Shown here piece by piece: positions 32,101 to 42,275 of a DNA stretch of 64,000 nucleotides. The stretch comes from Macrostomum hystrix (lineage: Eukaryota > Animalia > Platyhelminthes), in contig CATNEN010000002.1 of NCBI GenBank assembly GCA_950097015.1, positions 8,246,001 through 8,310,000 of the forward strand, given 5' to 3'. The notes under the pieces were generated by a model that did no database searches, was not told where the DNA came from, and worked only from the letters and a program-made list of their open reading frames with translations. Position 1 is the first letter of the stretch, and every line of letters begins with the position of its first letter. Position numbers and translations under genes: made by a program.

Positions 32101-35100
32101 CAATTGCCTCGTCCACATTGATGCTTGCTCGGCCAACTCTGGTTCCAACGCTTCATCCCAGCCGACGCCTTGCTGCCACGCCAGCTGCAACATTAGCTTC
32201 CCTTTAATCACCACCGGGGCAAGGAAGCCGCAGGGATCGAACACTTCGGCGACCCGCCGCAGAAGCAGCCTCTTTGTCATTGTCTGGTTGACAATGCTCG
32301 CCTCGCTGATTGAGACTCCTAGAACATCCTCCTTGGCATTCCAATTCACTCCGAGCGCCTTCGTGGTGCGAGCCTCGCCCTTCAACAGCAACTCTGCACG
32401 TTCAGCGCGATCTTCTAACGGAATCTGACGGAGCACTTCGGCCGAGTTTGACATCCACTTGCAAGCACGCATGCCGGCCTTGCTCCAGAGTTCCACCAGT
32501 TGTTCGTACAGCTTCACCGCTTGACCAACATCCGCCACGGAATCGAGACTATCATCCATATAAGTAGAGCTAAGCACGGTGGCAGCCGCTAGCGGTAGTT
32601 GCTCCTGATGGTCTCTCGCATTCTCCTGTGCCACAAACTGAGCCAAAAACGGCGAGCAGTTGACTCCGAACACGACACTGCAGAACTCGTATCGCTTTGG
32701 ATCTTTTTTCAAGTCCAACTCTCGCCAAAGGAAGCGAAAGAATCTCCTGTCGGCAGGCGCAAGTCGAACTCTAAGGAACATTTCTTCAATGTCACAGGCT
32801 AGTGCGATGGGATGCTTTCGGAACCTGAGGAGCACCTTCAACAGGTCCTGCTGCAACTTCGGTCCAGGGTGAATGGTGTCATTCAGACAGACTCCTCCGC
32901 ATCGCGCAGATGCATCGAAAACAATTCGCACCTTTGTTGTTTCCTTGTCAACTCGAACAACAGCAAAGTGCGGCAAAAACCACTCACTCGACGGATGTTG
33001 TTCGTTGCTATCAACCTCACGAATGTAACCCTTAGCCAGATGTTTGTCAATGACGGACTGATACGACTTGGCCAGTTCTTGATCCTTCAAAAGGCGTTTC
33101 TCAGTGCTCATCAGGCGCTGCTCTGCGGCTTGTCTATTCCTCGGTAGGTCTTCAGGGTTTGTCTTCCAGGGGATGGACACCTGGAAACGGCCTCCCTCCA
33201 CCTTCAAGGTCGCGCGTGTCATCTCGACAACTTTCTGCTCTTCGGTTGTCATTCTGGCCTGGACTCCGCCTTCTGGAACCTCGTCAACCTCCCAGAGCTT
33301 CCGTATCAGGGACGAAGCCTCACTCTCCGCTGCCAACGCAAAGAACGCCTGCTGGTGCGCCTCTCCGATTGTTTCGACTCGATCTACTGGCCCCACACAG
33401 GTCCATCCGATTGGCGTCAGTCTGGCAATTGGCTCTCCAGGTTGGCCACCTACCTCCCGACAGGCAAAGTGTAGATCCGCATGGTCAACGCCGATCAGCA
33501 TGTCGATCGTCTGCTTCCCCTCGATTTTGTCAAAGGGCACCCCGCGCAGGTGGGCCCAGCGTTTCGAAAGCAGACTCCAATCTACCGCTTGCATCCCGCC
33601 CGTCACCTTTTCAGTCGTGTGCGCCGTCACTCTTGTTCGGAAGGCTCCGTCTAGACTGCGAATGTCAACTTCAACCGGAATCGTCTGAAAGGTGCTCACT
33701 TGTCCATTCAGAACCTTAACAGTCATGGATTCGAACTTGCCGTCAAGACCGAGTTCCGCTGCTACATCTGAATTCAAATACGAGCGGGTGCTCGCGTCGT
33801 CCAGGAGGGCGTTCACTCGGACCTCCCGTTCTCCGTTGGCTAGAATGATCGGCACTGTCCGCAACGCAATCGATGACGAGTTTCTGGCGAGTAGGGTGCA
33901 CGACTCCTGCGAACCGTTTCTTTTCACATTCTGCTCTTGGACAGCCATCGGCTTCTCGATCGTCTTTGGCGACCCCCCTTCGTGGTGGTACGCTGCTGAC
34001 TTCACCTGCACTCGTGGGTGCAGCAGTCGATGATGCTTCGCCTTGCAGCCCTCTACATTGCAGGATGCCACTCGCTTGCACTCTCCTAGGCGATGGTTAG
34101 CTCCTAAACAGCAGAAGCACAGTCGCTTGTCTCGGACAGCCGCCCACCTAGCTTCTGGCTCCATTCGTTGAAACCTCGAGCAAGCCCACACACCATGTGG
34201 TGCTCCACAGAAGCTACAGCCTTTGCGCTCCACCACTCGCTCACCACTCTGGCTACTCAAACTTTCCAGTTTTCCGAAATGCGTTCGCGCTGCGGGCTCT
34301 CCTCGATACACACTCAGTCGCACCTTTGCTCCACTGTCCCTCCCTACATCGCCTGATGAAGCCACGCCTCTCACGGCCTCACACGCCACCGTCAGATACT
34401 CCGCTTCCTTCAGAAGCCATTGATGCAGCACAATGAGTGAGTCTTCGCGCCTAGATTCTCCTACCCACCGATGAAAACGAGTCAATGTTTCTGCTGGCAG
34501 CTTCTTCTGAACTCTTAAGTACATCAGTCCGTTGTTGTTCAATTCACTCTCTCGCCCTGCCGCCCTCAGATTAACTACCGTCACATCCAGTAAATCTGCA
34601 AGTTTCTTTAGTTGCACCGCGTTCTCTGACTGAATTGGTCGGAAGTTGTCTAAATCTTCCAGTGCGAGCATCAACCTGCGCCGCTCCCCGCCGTACTCTC
34701 GCTCAAGCCGTTCAAGCGCCGCTCTGTACGCAAATTCTGAGTAGCCTAGATTGGCTATAAGTCTTAAGGCCTCACCCTGCAGTGACTGGCGCAATTGCAA
34801 TAGTTTGTAAGCATTAGAGGAGGGTGCCGCGTCAACACAGGCATAAAATGCGGCTCTCCAACCCTCATACTGCCTTTTGTCACCGCTAAACACTGGAATG
34901 GCCACTCGCTGTAGCTGCCGCCACATATCTTGCCCTACGGCCTCAGCCGGCCCTTGACTGTACATTCCAGTCCGTTGGTATGATTGGCCAGCCTGCCACT
35001 CCATTTGAGGTTGGTGTTCAACCCTCTCAGCGCCTATTGCAGACTTCCACCCACTCACTTTGTCTCCACGGACATTGTACACTTCTCCGGTTTGAGTAGG

Positions 35101-36090
35101 CTGCTTCACGGCACTCTCGCTAGGCCTCATTCCCTTGCCTCCAACTCTCGACTCAAAATCTGCTCTTCTAGCTGCGCTGACATCAACATTATTGCTGTTC
35201 TCCGACCAATCGGCTCCAATCGCAAGGCTCTGTTCATTAGCAACCATTGCCAGTCTTTCCATCTCATTCTCCATCTCCCGAAGTCTAGCTTCATAGTCTT
35301 CTTTCATCCTTCGCTGACGTTCTCCTATTTCCGCCCTCCGACTCAGTGCCGCTTCCACCTCCTTCCGCCGCATCCCTCTCTCTTCATAATTCACACTCTC
35401 TGATTCAGTTTGCCACGTCTTCTTTCTCAAATCAGCAATCAAGCTCACTACCTCACCAAACTCGCTTTCTAGTGTCTCCAGCTCCTTGATCGTACGTCGG
35501 CGTAGCGGCAGATTGTCTTCGGCGAGTTCCAGCAGCTTCTCCAACTCCGCAGTGGCACTCTCGAAAAGCTTCTCCAGCAGAATCATTTGTTGTTGTACTT
35601 CGGCGATCTCCTGGCGTCCGATGGCGATCTGCTGCACCAATTGATTTCTCGCCTTGGTAAAGGCAGTCTTGGCTTTCGTCTTAGCGGCCTTCACGACCAT
35701 AATTTGCTCCTCCTGAGCATCGACCTCGTCCTCCTGCTTGTCCACGTCGTTTCCGTCTCTAGACATTGTTGGTTGTTTAACCACGCTCTGCTACCAGTTT
35801 ATGTTCTCTTCAGCGAGAAAGACATAAGAGTTTTAAAAAAAAGGTCTTTGATCTCTCTTTCTTTATCTTTGGCTCCCGTCTGGGCCACAATATATTTTTC
35901 TTAGCTGAGCGAGCCGGACGATGAAAAATACTCAAACCAAAAAACCTTCACAAAAACTCATACGCGCACACAGAAAACTCTTATAACAATGCCAGTCGCG
36001 GAGTGGGGCGGACGGACAAGGGGGTAAGAAAAACCACGCACGAAACATCAACCCCTCGCCAAACACTGGCCTACACCTCTCATCACAACA
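29151..36090 (-). mobile_element. Full-length BEL/Pao LTR retrotransposon
   Basis: 289-bp LTRs at 29151-29439 and 35802-36090 (TGTT...AACA) with no differences seen by eye. 5-bp TSD GTAGG at 29146-29150 and 36091-36095. PBS TGGTAGCAGAGCGTGGTT (35796-35779) resembles the complement of an initiator tRNA-Met 3' end. PPT GGAAGGGGGGGA at 29451-29440. Confidence 0.97.
29995..35766 (-). CDS. BEL/Pao gag-pol polyprotein (about 1920 aa)
   Basis: Uninterrupted ORF, first ATG at 35766. Contains a DUF1759-like gag, three Cys/His knuckles (CSFCGAPHGVWAC; CFCCLGANHRLGEC; CNVEGCKAKHH), protease LLDDAS, RT YMDD, Pao RNase H FVDAS..KAKVAP..IPRLEL, and integrase (zinc finger, VDMGGP, SDNGGNF, GGAHE). Confidence 0.97.
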   Translation of the reverse strand: MSRDGNDVDKQEDEVDAQEEQIMVVKAAKTKAKTAFTKARNQLVQQIAIGRQEIAEVQQQMILLEKLFESATAELEKLLELAEDNLPLRRRTIKELETLESEFGEVVSLIADLRKKTWQTESESVNYEERGMRRKEVEAALSRRAEIGERQRRMKEDYEARLREMENEMERLAMVANEQSLAIGADWSENSNNVDVSAARRADFESRVGGKGMRPSESAVKQPTQTGEVYNVRGDKVSGWKSAIGAERVEHQPQMEWQAGQSYQRTGMYSQGPAEAVGQDMWRQLQRVAIPVFSGDKRQYEGWRAAFYACVDAAPSSNAYKLLQLRQSLQGEALRLIANLGYSEFAYRAALERLEREYGGERRRLMLALEDLDNFRPIQSENAVQLKKLADLLDVTVVNLRAAGRESELNNNGLMYLRVQKKLPAETLTRFHRWVGESRREDSLIVLHQWLLKEAEYLTVACEAVRGVASSGDVGRDSGAKVRLSVYRGEPAARTHFGKLESLSSQSGERVVERKGCSFCGAPHGVWACSRFQRMEPEARWAAVRDKRLCFCCLGANHRLGECKRVASCNVEGCKAKHHRLLHPRVQVKSAAYHHEGGSPKTIEKPMAVQEQNVKRNGSQESCTLLARNSSSIALRTVPIILANGEREVRVNALLDDASTRSYLNSDVAAELGLDGKFESMTVKVLNGQVSTFQTIPVEVDIRSLDGAFRTRVTAHTTEKVTGGMQAVDWSLLSKRWAHLRGVPFDKIEGKQTIDMLIGVDHADLHFACREVGGQPGEPIARLTPIGWTCVGPVDRVETIGEAHQQAFFALAAESEASSLIRKLWEVDEVPEGGVQARMTTEEQKVVEMTRATLKVEGGRFQVSIPWKTNPEDLPRNRQAAEQRLMSTEKRLLKDQELAKSYQSVIDKHLAKGYIREVDSNEQHPSSEWFLPHFAVVRVDKETTKVRIVFDASARCGGVCLNDTIHPGPKLQQDLLKVLLRFRKHPIALACDIEEMFLRVRLAPADRRFFRFLWRELDLKKDPKRYEFCSVVFGVNCSPFLAQFVAQENARDHQEQLPLAAATVLSSTYMDDSLDSVADVGQAVKLYEQLVELWSKAGMRACKWMSNSAEVLRQIPLEDRAERAELLLKGEARTTKALGVNWNAKEDVLGVSISEASIVNQTMTKRLLLRRVAEVFDPCGFLAPVVIKGKLMLQLAWQQGVGWDEALEPELAEQASMWTRQLSKAGEISVPRCLRPENGSTELHTFVDASQEAYGAVVYLRSVSAMDVSVRFVAAKAKVAPLQAVSIPRLELMAAVLGLRLARAVAEALEVGLETGVFWSDSHNVLWWIRRQSRSFKPFVANRVAFIQQQVRPRQWRYVPTGLNPADVASRGCRVQELIEGELWWCGPAFLMLDSNSWPETPIPIAPEMREMSTRRIESASDQEHQAHAVFVASAELTDEADWRLKPDRFSSFYRLQRITAWVLRFIRNCQKTQAHRSGGDLSVDELNEVEERLIRMAQKEEFKADALSDKRLTCLQPIVDATGILRVDGRLKFRQQLPFAARHPAILPRKHWLTKLIIKQHHEDQRHGGTNQVLAALSAKFWVISAREAIREWEVECAACRREKARPISQQMAPLPDARLEGSLKAFTNVAVDMGGPFITVQGRFKKRQKRYLALFTCLETRAVHLEMTYSLDADAFLNAFYRMVNRRGLPKTVHSDNGGNFVKGAEELRLLEELDKARVSRETVRHHISWRFQPPAAPHFGGAHEVMIRAAKRALHAILGNADVNDEELQSAITGAEALINSRPITYQSANPRDEEPLTPNHFLIGQAGGQFAPEVPSDVAVDPRRRWRRVQELVRHVWRRWMREWLPGLQPRTKWMAPQRDVRLDDVVLVVKADTPRGHWPLGRVLRVYPGRDGRVRVAQVQVGETQLVRPVSKLCLIEG

Positions 36091-36095
36091 GTAGG

Positions 36096-36650
36096 AAGCA
36101 GGCCTGTCCTGCCAGCCTTCTCTGCGAACCAGGCTAGCAGAGCGGTCGGTCATATCATTCCCCAGGATGTCGCAGTGCGCCGGGACCCAGACCAACTCGG
36201 CAGCTCTGTAGGAATGCGATCAGGGTGGACCACCCATAGCTGCCGTCGGTTGTGTTGGTCACAGGAGCCGTGATCCTTTTGTTTTCGACCTGAAGTTTTC
36301 AACTGAGGGCAGTCAGTGCCGCAGCGAGGTGTCATGGCGGATCGAGGTGTCATTGTGCGTCGTCAGCTGCCTGATGTATTCCAGGGCAGCCCGAATGACG
36401 CATATTTCCGCCTCGAAGGAGCAGACGACCTTCTCGGCAGAAGCTGCGATTGTAGAGCTACAAGGGCGGGTGGTAATGACGGCAGCGCCCCAGGCATCCG
36501 AGGTGCCGTCCCGGACGGATCCATCAGTCCAGAAGTCAATGTCAGTAGCTGGGAGATCGGCGAGGAAGCTCAGCACCCGGCTTCGCTCGTCGGGAGGCTT
36601 TCGGCGAACGCTCGCGATGGTGAGGACGAAAAGCATCGGTGGTGAGATTC
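36096..36650 (-). pseudogene. Decayed RNase H domain of a non-LTR retrotransposon (LINE)
   Basis: FWTDGSV, SFEAEICVI, (frameshifted) TDC, WVPAHCDILGND: the D-E-D-H-D RNase H signature, broken by stops and frameshifts and cut by the Pao LTR. Confidence 0.75.
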
Positions 36651-36932
36651 GTCTTACCGCACCATTGGGAGGAGGAAACATAACATAATTATTGTTCGCT
36701 TTCACTATTGTTGACACTTCATGGGAAATAAGCACAGCTGTTTCATGACATTGACCTGTTTCATGAAGGGCTCACTACCACTGAAGTGTTTCTACTTTCT
36801 AGTGAAACCTCCTCTATGGCGACTAGGCTGCAACCTATAATCTCATTAGACTGCTTGCATTCGACTAGTGGGTTTTCTCACACAGTAAAACTCTACTCTT
36901 CACTTCTAGATTTAATTGAATCTAGGTAACTA

Positions 36933-38578
36933 TGTAACACGCGGTGTTTGGCGGTGTGAAACCAGATTCTACGAAGGCCCCGTGAGGCCGTGCTTGTTGT
37001 ATTTATTTCAGTTGCGATTACTAATCAGCGATGTACAGTAAATGAACGATGTTAAACGAACGAACAGTAAATACGATAGGATGATTCAGCAAATTATTAG
37101 AAATATTCCTACAATGTTACCATTCAAAAACTGCCTCAAAGGCCAGGAATAAAAACCATTACAACTAGGTCCCCTTTAAGAAATGTACTACTTCAAAATA
37201 GAGCTCTATATATCTGAACTGAAAGTTTACTTACTTCTGTCTTTCCGCGAAGGAGGCCTTGAAACGAATTCGGATTTCACTGAGCGCTCGATTAGAAGTC
37301 TTCTCGATTCGGCCGATATGGGTTGCGCTGCGAATAGAATAAACGACGATTGGAGTCTCAGATAGACCCAAATACTCAATTGAAATTATCTTAGTCCTGC
37401 ACTTGCAGCGGCTTACTGCCACGCGCGGTTATCTCAATATAACTACTTCCCGACGCGCGATTGTTCCCCGTGAACAATTATTCGGCCTTCGGTCTCCGAA
37501 ATTAATTCACGAGGACCGGGTAACCTCCGAGTTCCTCCGAGGTTAGTAGAGCAGACACTTAGTAGAGCAGGCTTTACTAAATGTGCCTACAATTATAATA
37601 ACTAACTCAACACAAAAGGGGTCCTTATATATTTATTTCCTGTAGGCCGGGACAGACGACTTACGTGAGGTCGAAGACTCTTCTTGTAGGACTGGTCGCT
37701 GAAGATGCCGGTTGGACCCGCCGATCTGGATCTGAATTTCCGTGACTCCAGCGCATGTGTATTTATAGTCTTTCAAAAGTTGCTACATTGTATGGTGCAA
37801 TCACGTGATGGATCCATGCTGGTTCTGGTTGACCTACTGACAGTTTGACATTTTCTACTAAGGAAGCGGAAGCTGGAGGGGTGGCTACTTGACGGATTAA
37901 CTAAAGGTGTGATATTATTATTGAGTCATTCTATTTCCGTCTTTCTATTTTTGGTTCTTACCGTAATGGGTTTGTTGCGCATGCTTGTGTATAGCGTTGC
38001 TAAGATACCGTGTCTATCGTCGCAAGCGTTTTACCGTATTCGCATTGACGATGTTCTACTTTCTACTATTGAAACGCGAGTAGTAGTGAAGTATGTATAT
38101 GAATTTGCAATATTCAAAAATCGCATGAATTTTACTTTTACTGTTAGCGTTGACTAGTCTACACATTGAGTATTTCTGTGTATCTCCCTAAATATTTAAC
38201 CAATTGCCACGAAAATCCTAAAGAGGGGCAGAAATTTTCCGCTCTATTCGAAGAAACAACTTCCAGAATCACAATTACAACATCGACATCGTAAATATAT
38301 ATCCATAGATTCTCGTCGAGGTGTCTGGTGGCAGAAATTGGTTCAAGAATACTTGTATAATATGGATTTGCCACAAGGCTTTGTACTGAACTATGCTAGT
38401 TCTCCTTGTCGGTCAGGAAAATCGGTCATTCGTTTTGGGTGTGAAGTAGGCCGTGGTTATTTGCAATATCCCTGCGGTCCTTCACAAAGGCGGGGTATTT
38501 CTACTCGTACCGTAAAAACTTTCACTAGCTGAGAATGGTCTCACACGAGTGGCTGCTGTGTTTGGCACTTCCGTTACA
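36933..38578 (-). mobile_element. Possible long solo LTR (about 1.65 kb)
   Basis: TGTAAC...GTTACA inverted termini; imperfect flanks AACTA/AAGTA; minus-strand TATAAAT near 37765 and AATAAA near 37635; no coding capacity. Confidence 0.4.
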
Positions 38579-39096
38579 AAGTAACTTGCAAATGGTAACG
38601 CAAGTTACTTTCCTATTTTGGTAACGGAGAAACGGTAAGTTACGCCGCCTCTCACATTTTTAGCATTTGTCATTCTTAAATTCAAAATTAAGTGAATAGT
38701 ATCGTTTGGTATTGTGCTGTAATAAAACTAGAAATACTTGAAACATGTTTTCACTTTGTTTATTTCGGTAAAATATTTTCGTTTATCGTTTTAAAGTTGA
38801 TCAAAATAGTTTGTATAGTTCTATTTATATACTGTTCTATTTATTTTAGTTTACATAAATTTTTTATGTTCGCTCATTTTATCATTTACAATTTTAATTA
38901 TTGATTGCCATTGCCCAACTGCAATGTAGACAAGCAGAAAATTTTGTTAACAACATGGGTAACGGTAGGGAGTAATGGATGGTAATGGACCGGGTTTTTT
39001 ATAAAGGAACTAGGCTTACGTAAGCTACTTTTAAATAAGTAGTAACTTAAGTTACAGTAACGCAAGTTACTTTTTAGAGTAACTTGCCCAACACTG
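38579..39096. mobile_element. Non-autonomous DNA-transposon-like element with GTAAC/GTTAC subterminal palindromes
   Basis: Right end GAGTAACTTGCCCAACACTG (39077-39096); repeated GTAACGCAAGTTAC at both ends; left terminus degenerate or overlapping the putative LTR. Confidence 0.45.
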
Positions 39097-39177
39097 GAGG
39101 CTGCTGTAGTGTCGGCATATTTATTACATAATGCATATATTTCTACTTGTAGTAACTTATTCGCGCACGTAAATATT

Positions 39178-39833
39178 CACCCAACTCAATCAGTCAGTCC
39201 TGACCCAACTCAACCAGTCAGTCCTGACCCAACTCAATCAGTCAGTCCTGACCCAACTCAATCAGTCAGTCCTGACCCAACTCAATCAGTCAGTCCTGAC
39301 CCAACTCAATCAGTCAGTCCTGACCCAACTCAATCAGTCAGTCCTGACACAACTCAATCAGTCAGTCCTGACACAACTCAATCATTCAGTCCTGACCCAA
39401 CTCAATCAGTCAGTCCTGACCCAACTCAATCAGTCAGTCCTGACCCAAATCAATCAGTCAGTCCTGACACAACTCAATCATTCAGTCCTGACCCAACTCA
39501 ATCATTCAGTCCTGACCCAACTCAATCAGTCAGTCCTGACCCAACTCAATCAGTCAGTCATTTTTAGCAATGACTGACCCAAATCGATCAGGACCCAAAT
39601 CAATCATGACCCAAATCAATCATGACCCAAATCAATCAGGACCCAAATCAATCAGGACCCAAACAATCAGGACCCAAATCAATCATGACCCAAATCAATC
39701 ATGACCCAAATCAATCAGGACCCAAATCAATCATGACCCAAATCAATCATGAGACAGGACCCAAATCAATCAGGACCCAAATCAATCAGGACCCAAATCA
39801 ATCATGACCCAAATCAATCAGGACCCAAATCAA
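39178..39833. repeat. Compound minisatellite: 24-bp unit (39178-39560) then 16-bp unit (39575-39833)
   Basis: Units CCCAACTCAATCAGTCAGTCCTGA and GACCCAAATCAATCA(G/T). Confidence 0.93.
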
Positions 39834-40239
39834 AAGAAAAATCTAATTTAACCAAATAAATCTCGTCCCAATTTAGTTCTGACCCTCCTACATCCTAACC
39901 TATTAAGCAGCAGAGAAGAAAAAACACTATTGTCTGTCACCAAGAAAACCGTCATTTTGTTCTTCCTTTTGCACTTCCGAGTTAATTAATTGCCTGAAGA
40001 ACTTTAGAGAACTGCAAATCAAATTATTTGACGAGATGAAGTATTTGGAAGTAAATATATAACACTAGGCTTTTTCAGGCTAGAAGCACTATAAATTATA
40101 TATTCTGTAAACAAAATACTTTGTACACTCGTACAGGCTTTAAGTGCTTGTATTGAGTACGTGTATCACCTTCTGATAAATTGGAAAGTCAATAATTGTC
40201 AAGACTTCTTGTAATTTCTGTGTCTGTAACCATGTAACT

Positions 40240-40560
40240 GGGGGGTCGGTGGCAGAGAGGTTTTCGCGTTTGACTCTCGCAACAAGGTCCCTGAGTTCGA
40301 TTCCACGGCCAGGCCACATTTATTTGGGGCGCAGCCGCGGAGAGAAGGCTTGGGGGCTTGTCGTGCAATTTACGCCCTTGAGGGCCAACCTCCAAGGCAC
40401 AGTGAAATGTACACTGCCTGACGATGAGAAAGTCAGGGGCAGATGTACACACCTGTGTGAGCGTACAGTATCTGTGTGCGTGTGTGCTCAGGAGTCAGCG
40501 AAATGGGCAGAATTGCCTCCTTGCTGGCTGCGGGTCTGGTGTCACTAAATGATGTGCCAC
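40240..40560 (+). mobile_element. tRNA-derived SINE family A (most complete copy)
   Basis: A-box TGGCAGAGAGG (40250) and B-box GAGTTCGATTCC (40293). The body (GGGGCGCAGCCGCGGAGAGAAGGCTT..CTGACGATGAGAAAGTCAGGGG) recurs at 22335-22520 (-), 62087-62224 (+) and 63880-64000 (-). Confidence 0.8.
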
Positions 40561-42275
40561 TGCCCGCAGCCCTCCTGCAATTATTATTACGTAACTTGCT
40601 GCTTCTAATTTATTGTCCGCTTTTTTCCGCTCATTCGATGAAACAAATTCCAGAATCGTAAAACATCGGCATCGTCGAGATAGTCAACAATTCTCGTCGG
40701 GTTTCTGGTGGCAAGAACCAACTATTTGTTAATAACTTTTCTGCTCAAAACGAATGAAAACAAAAAGCTGAAGAAATAACAAAGGCAAAAGACCACGATT
40801 AGACTCATTTTGTGAGTCTTCGAAACATGCATTTCGCATTTCTTTTTCCAAATATAAAATGTACAATGGGATGGGAAGGTTGTTGCATATCTGTTGACTT
40901 TGTTGAGCACAAATGAGATGTGGCCAATGACAGTGAAGTATGTCACATAGAAATGTGTCAGCAACAGTGGCTGATTTGTGACATCCTTCAGTTGCTATTG
41001 GTACATCAGCATTTAAACCATTGATATGGAAGCGAGTGGGAAAGTGCAACTGGATGTCATGCATTTATGAACAAATGAAAATGTGTTAATTAAAATACTC
41101 TACGTAAAAACTATGTACTGCACAATTTTGCCTAAAATCCAAAATTTCAAAAAAATAACTATCGAGTCCCCACTAAAACAGATTAAAACTAAATCTCAAT
41201 AGTTTAAGTTGCAATTAAGTTTGGCAGTCGTTAGCTTTCATTTGTGAGTAGTTGAGTACAATAAATAGATGTAAATGCTGTACGGTATATGTCATGGTGG
41301 ATTGAAATTGTTGTCCCTAGTCCCTAACCCAATTTTGCCCATATTGTTCTCTTCCTCACACTCGCTCGGTCTCCTCATTTAAACCTCCATGGCAATGGAT
41401 GGAAGGGGGGGGACGTCATCCGACAGTCACAATATGCGGCGGTACTGCGGCCCGTGAACCCCAAACACGGTGAAACACCCGCCGAAACACTCAGAGAGAT
41501 CGTTGAGAATGACACACGAGGGCGCATTGACAGCGTCTCTTCTGCGAGATTCGACGGAACTTTGCCCACCATCGCGCGCCACAGTGGGTGAAATGGGGGA
41601 AGAGGAGGGAGGGAGAGAACAACACCTGTAAATTATCTAGTCTATTGGCCCTAATCTTTAATCTGAAGCTAATCAATTTTGACCAATTTTGTACAGTTTT
41701 ATACGCAAAGGGCGAAATCAACTAGCTATTCTATTCGCGAATGCATGCCAATGCAAAATACAGAAATGTATCGTAATTATAGGCTAAATATTCTATAGAA
41801 GTACAGTAAATTAAGCGTCCAGTATATACAAAATAGGTGCGTTTGATTCGTGTAAGATTTTGTTATAATTTCTAGAATTACTTCAAGTATTTGAGTTCTA
41901 GAATTCAAAACCTAGCAATCAAAACAACTTTTTTTGGCTTTTTTGATAGTTTTTTAGTTTTTTGGATTTTAAAATGCTTTTAAAGTTTTTTTGTTTTTTT
42001 CTAAATGATATAAATGAAAGCTAATGACAGTCCTTTAAAATCCGATCTAAGCATTCCGTCAACACTGCTCACTTTTTCTTGTTCTGTGTCCAATTCACTA
42101 ACTGGTTTCACTTCTTTTAAGCTATTCTACTTTCAGTAGGCAATAAATTTCATTGCTGCTAATAATTTTCAGTCAGACATCTGCTTTGGCTAGACAAGAA
42201 CCGTTACGGCGTCCTAGAATAACATCCCTAAGTTACTAAATAAAAGTACTCACTGAACCAACTCACCATCGAAGC

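Noticed and set aside
30052-35904. Many plus-strand ORFs antisense to the Pao polyprotein
   Set aside because: Shadow ORFs from GC-rich coding on the opposite strand; no motifs.
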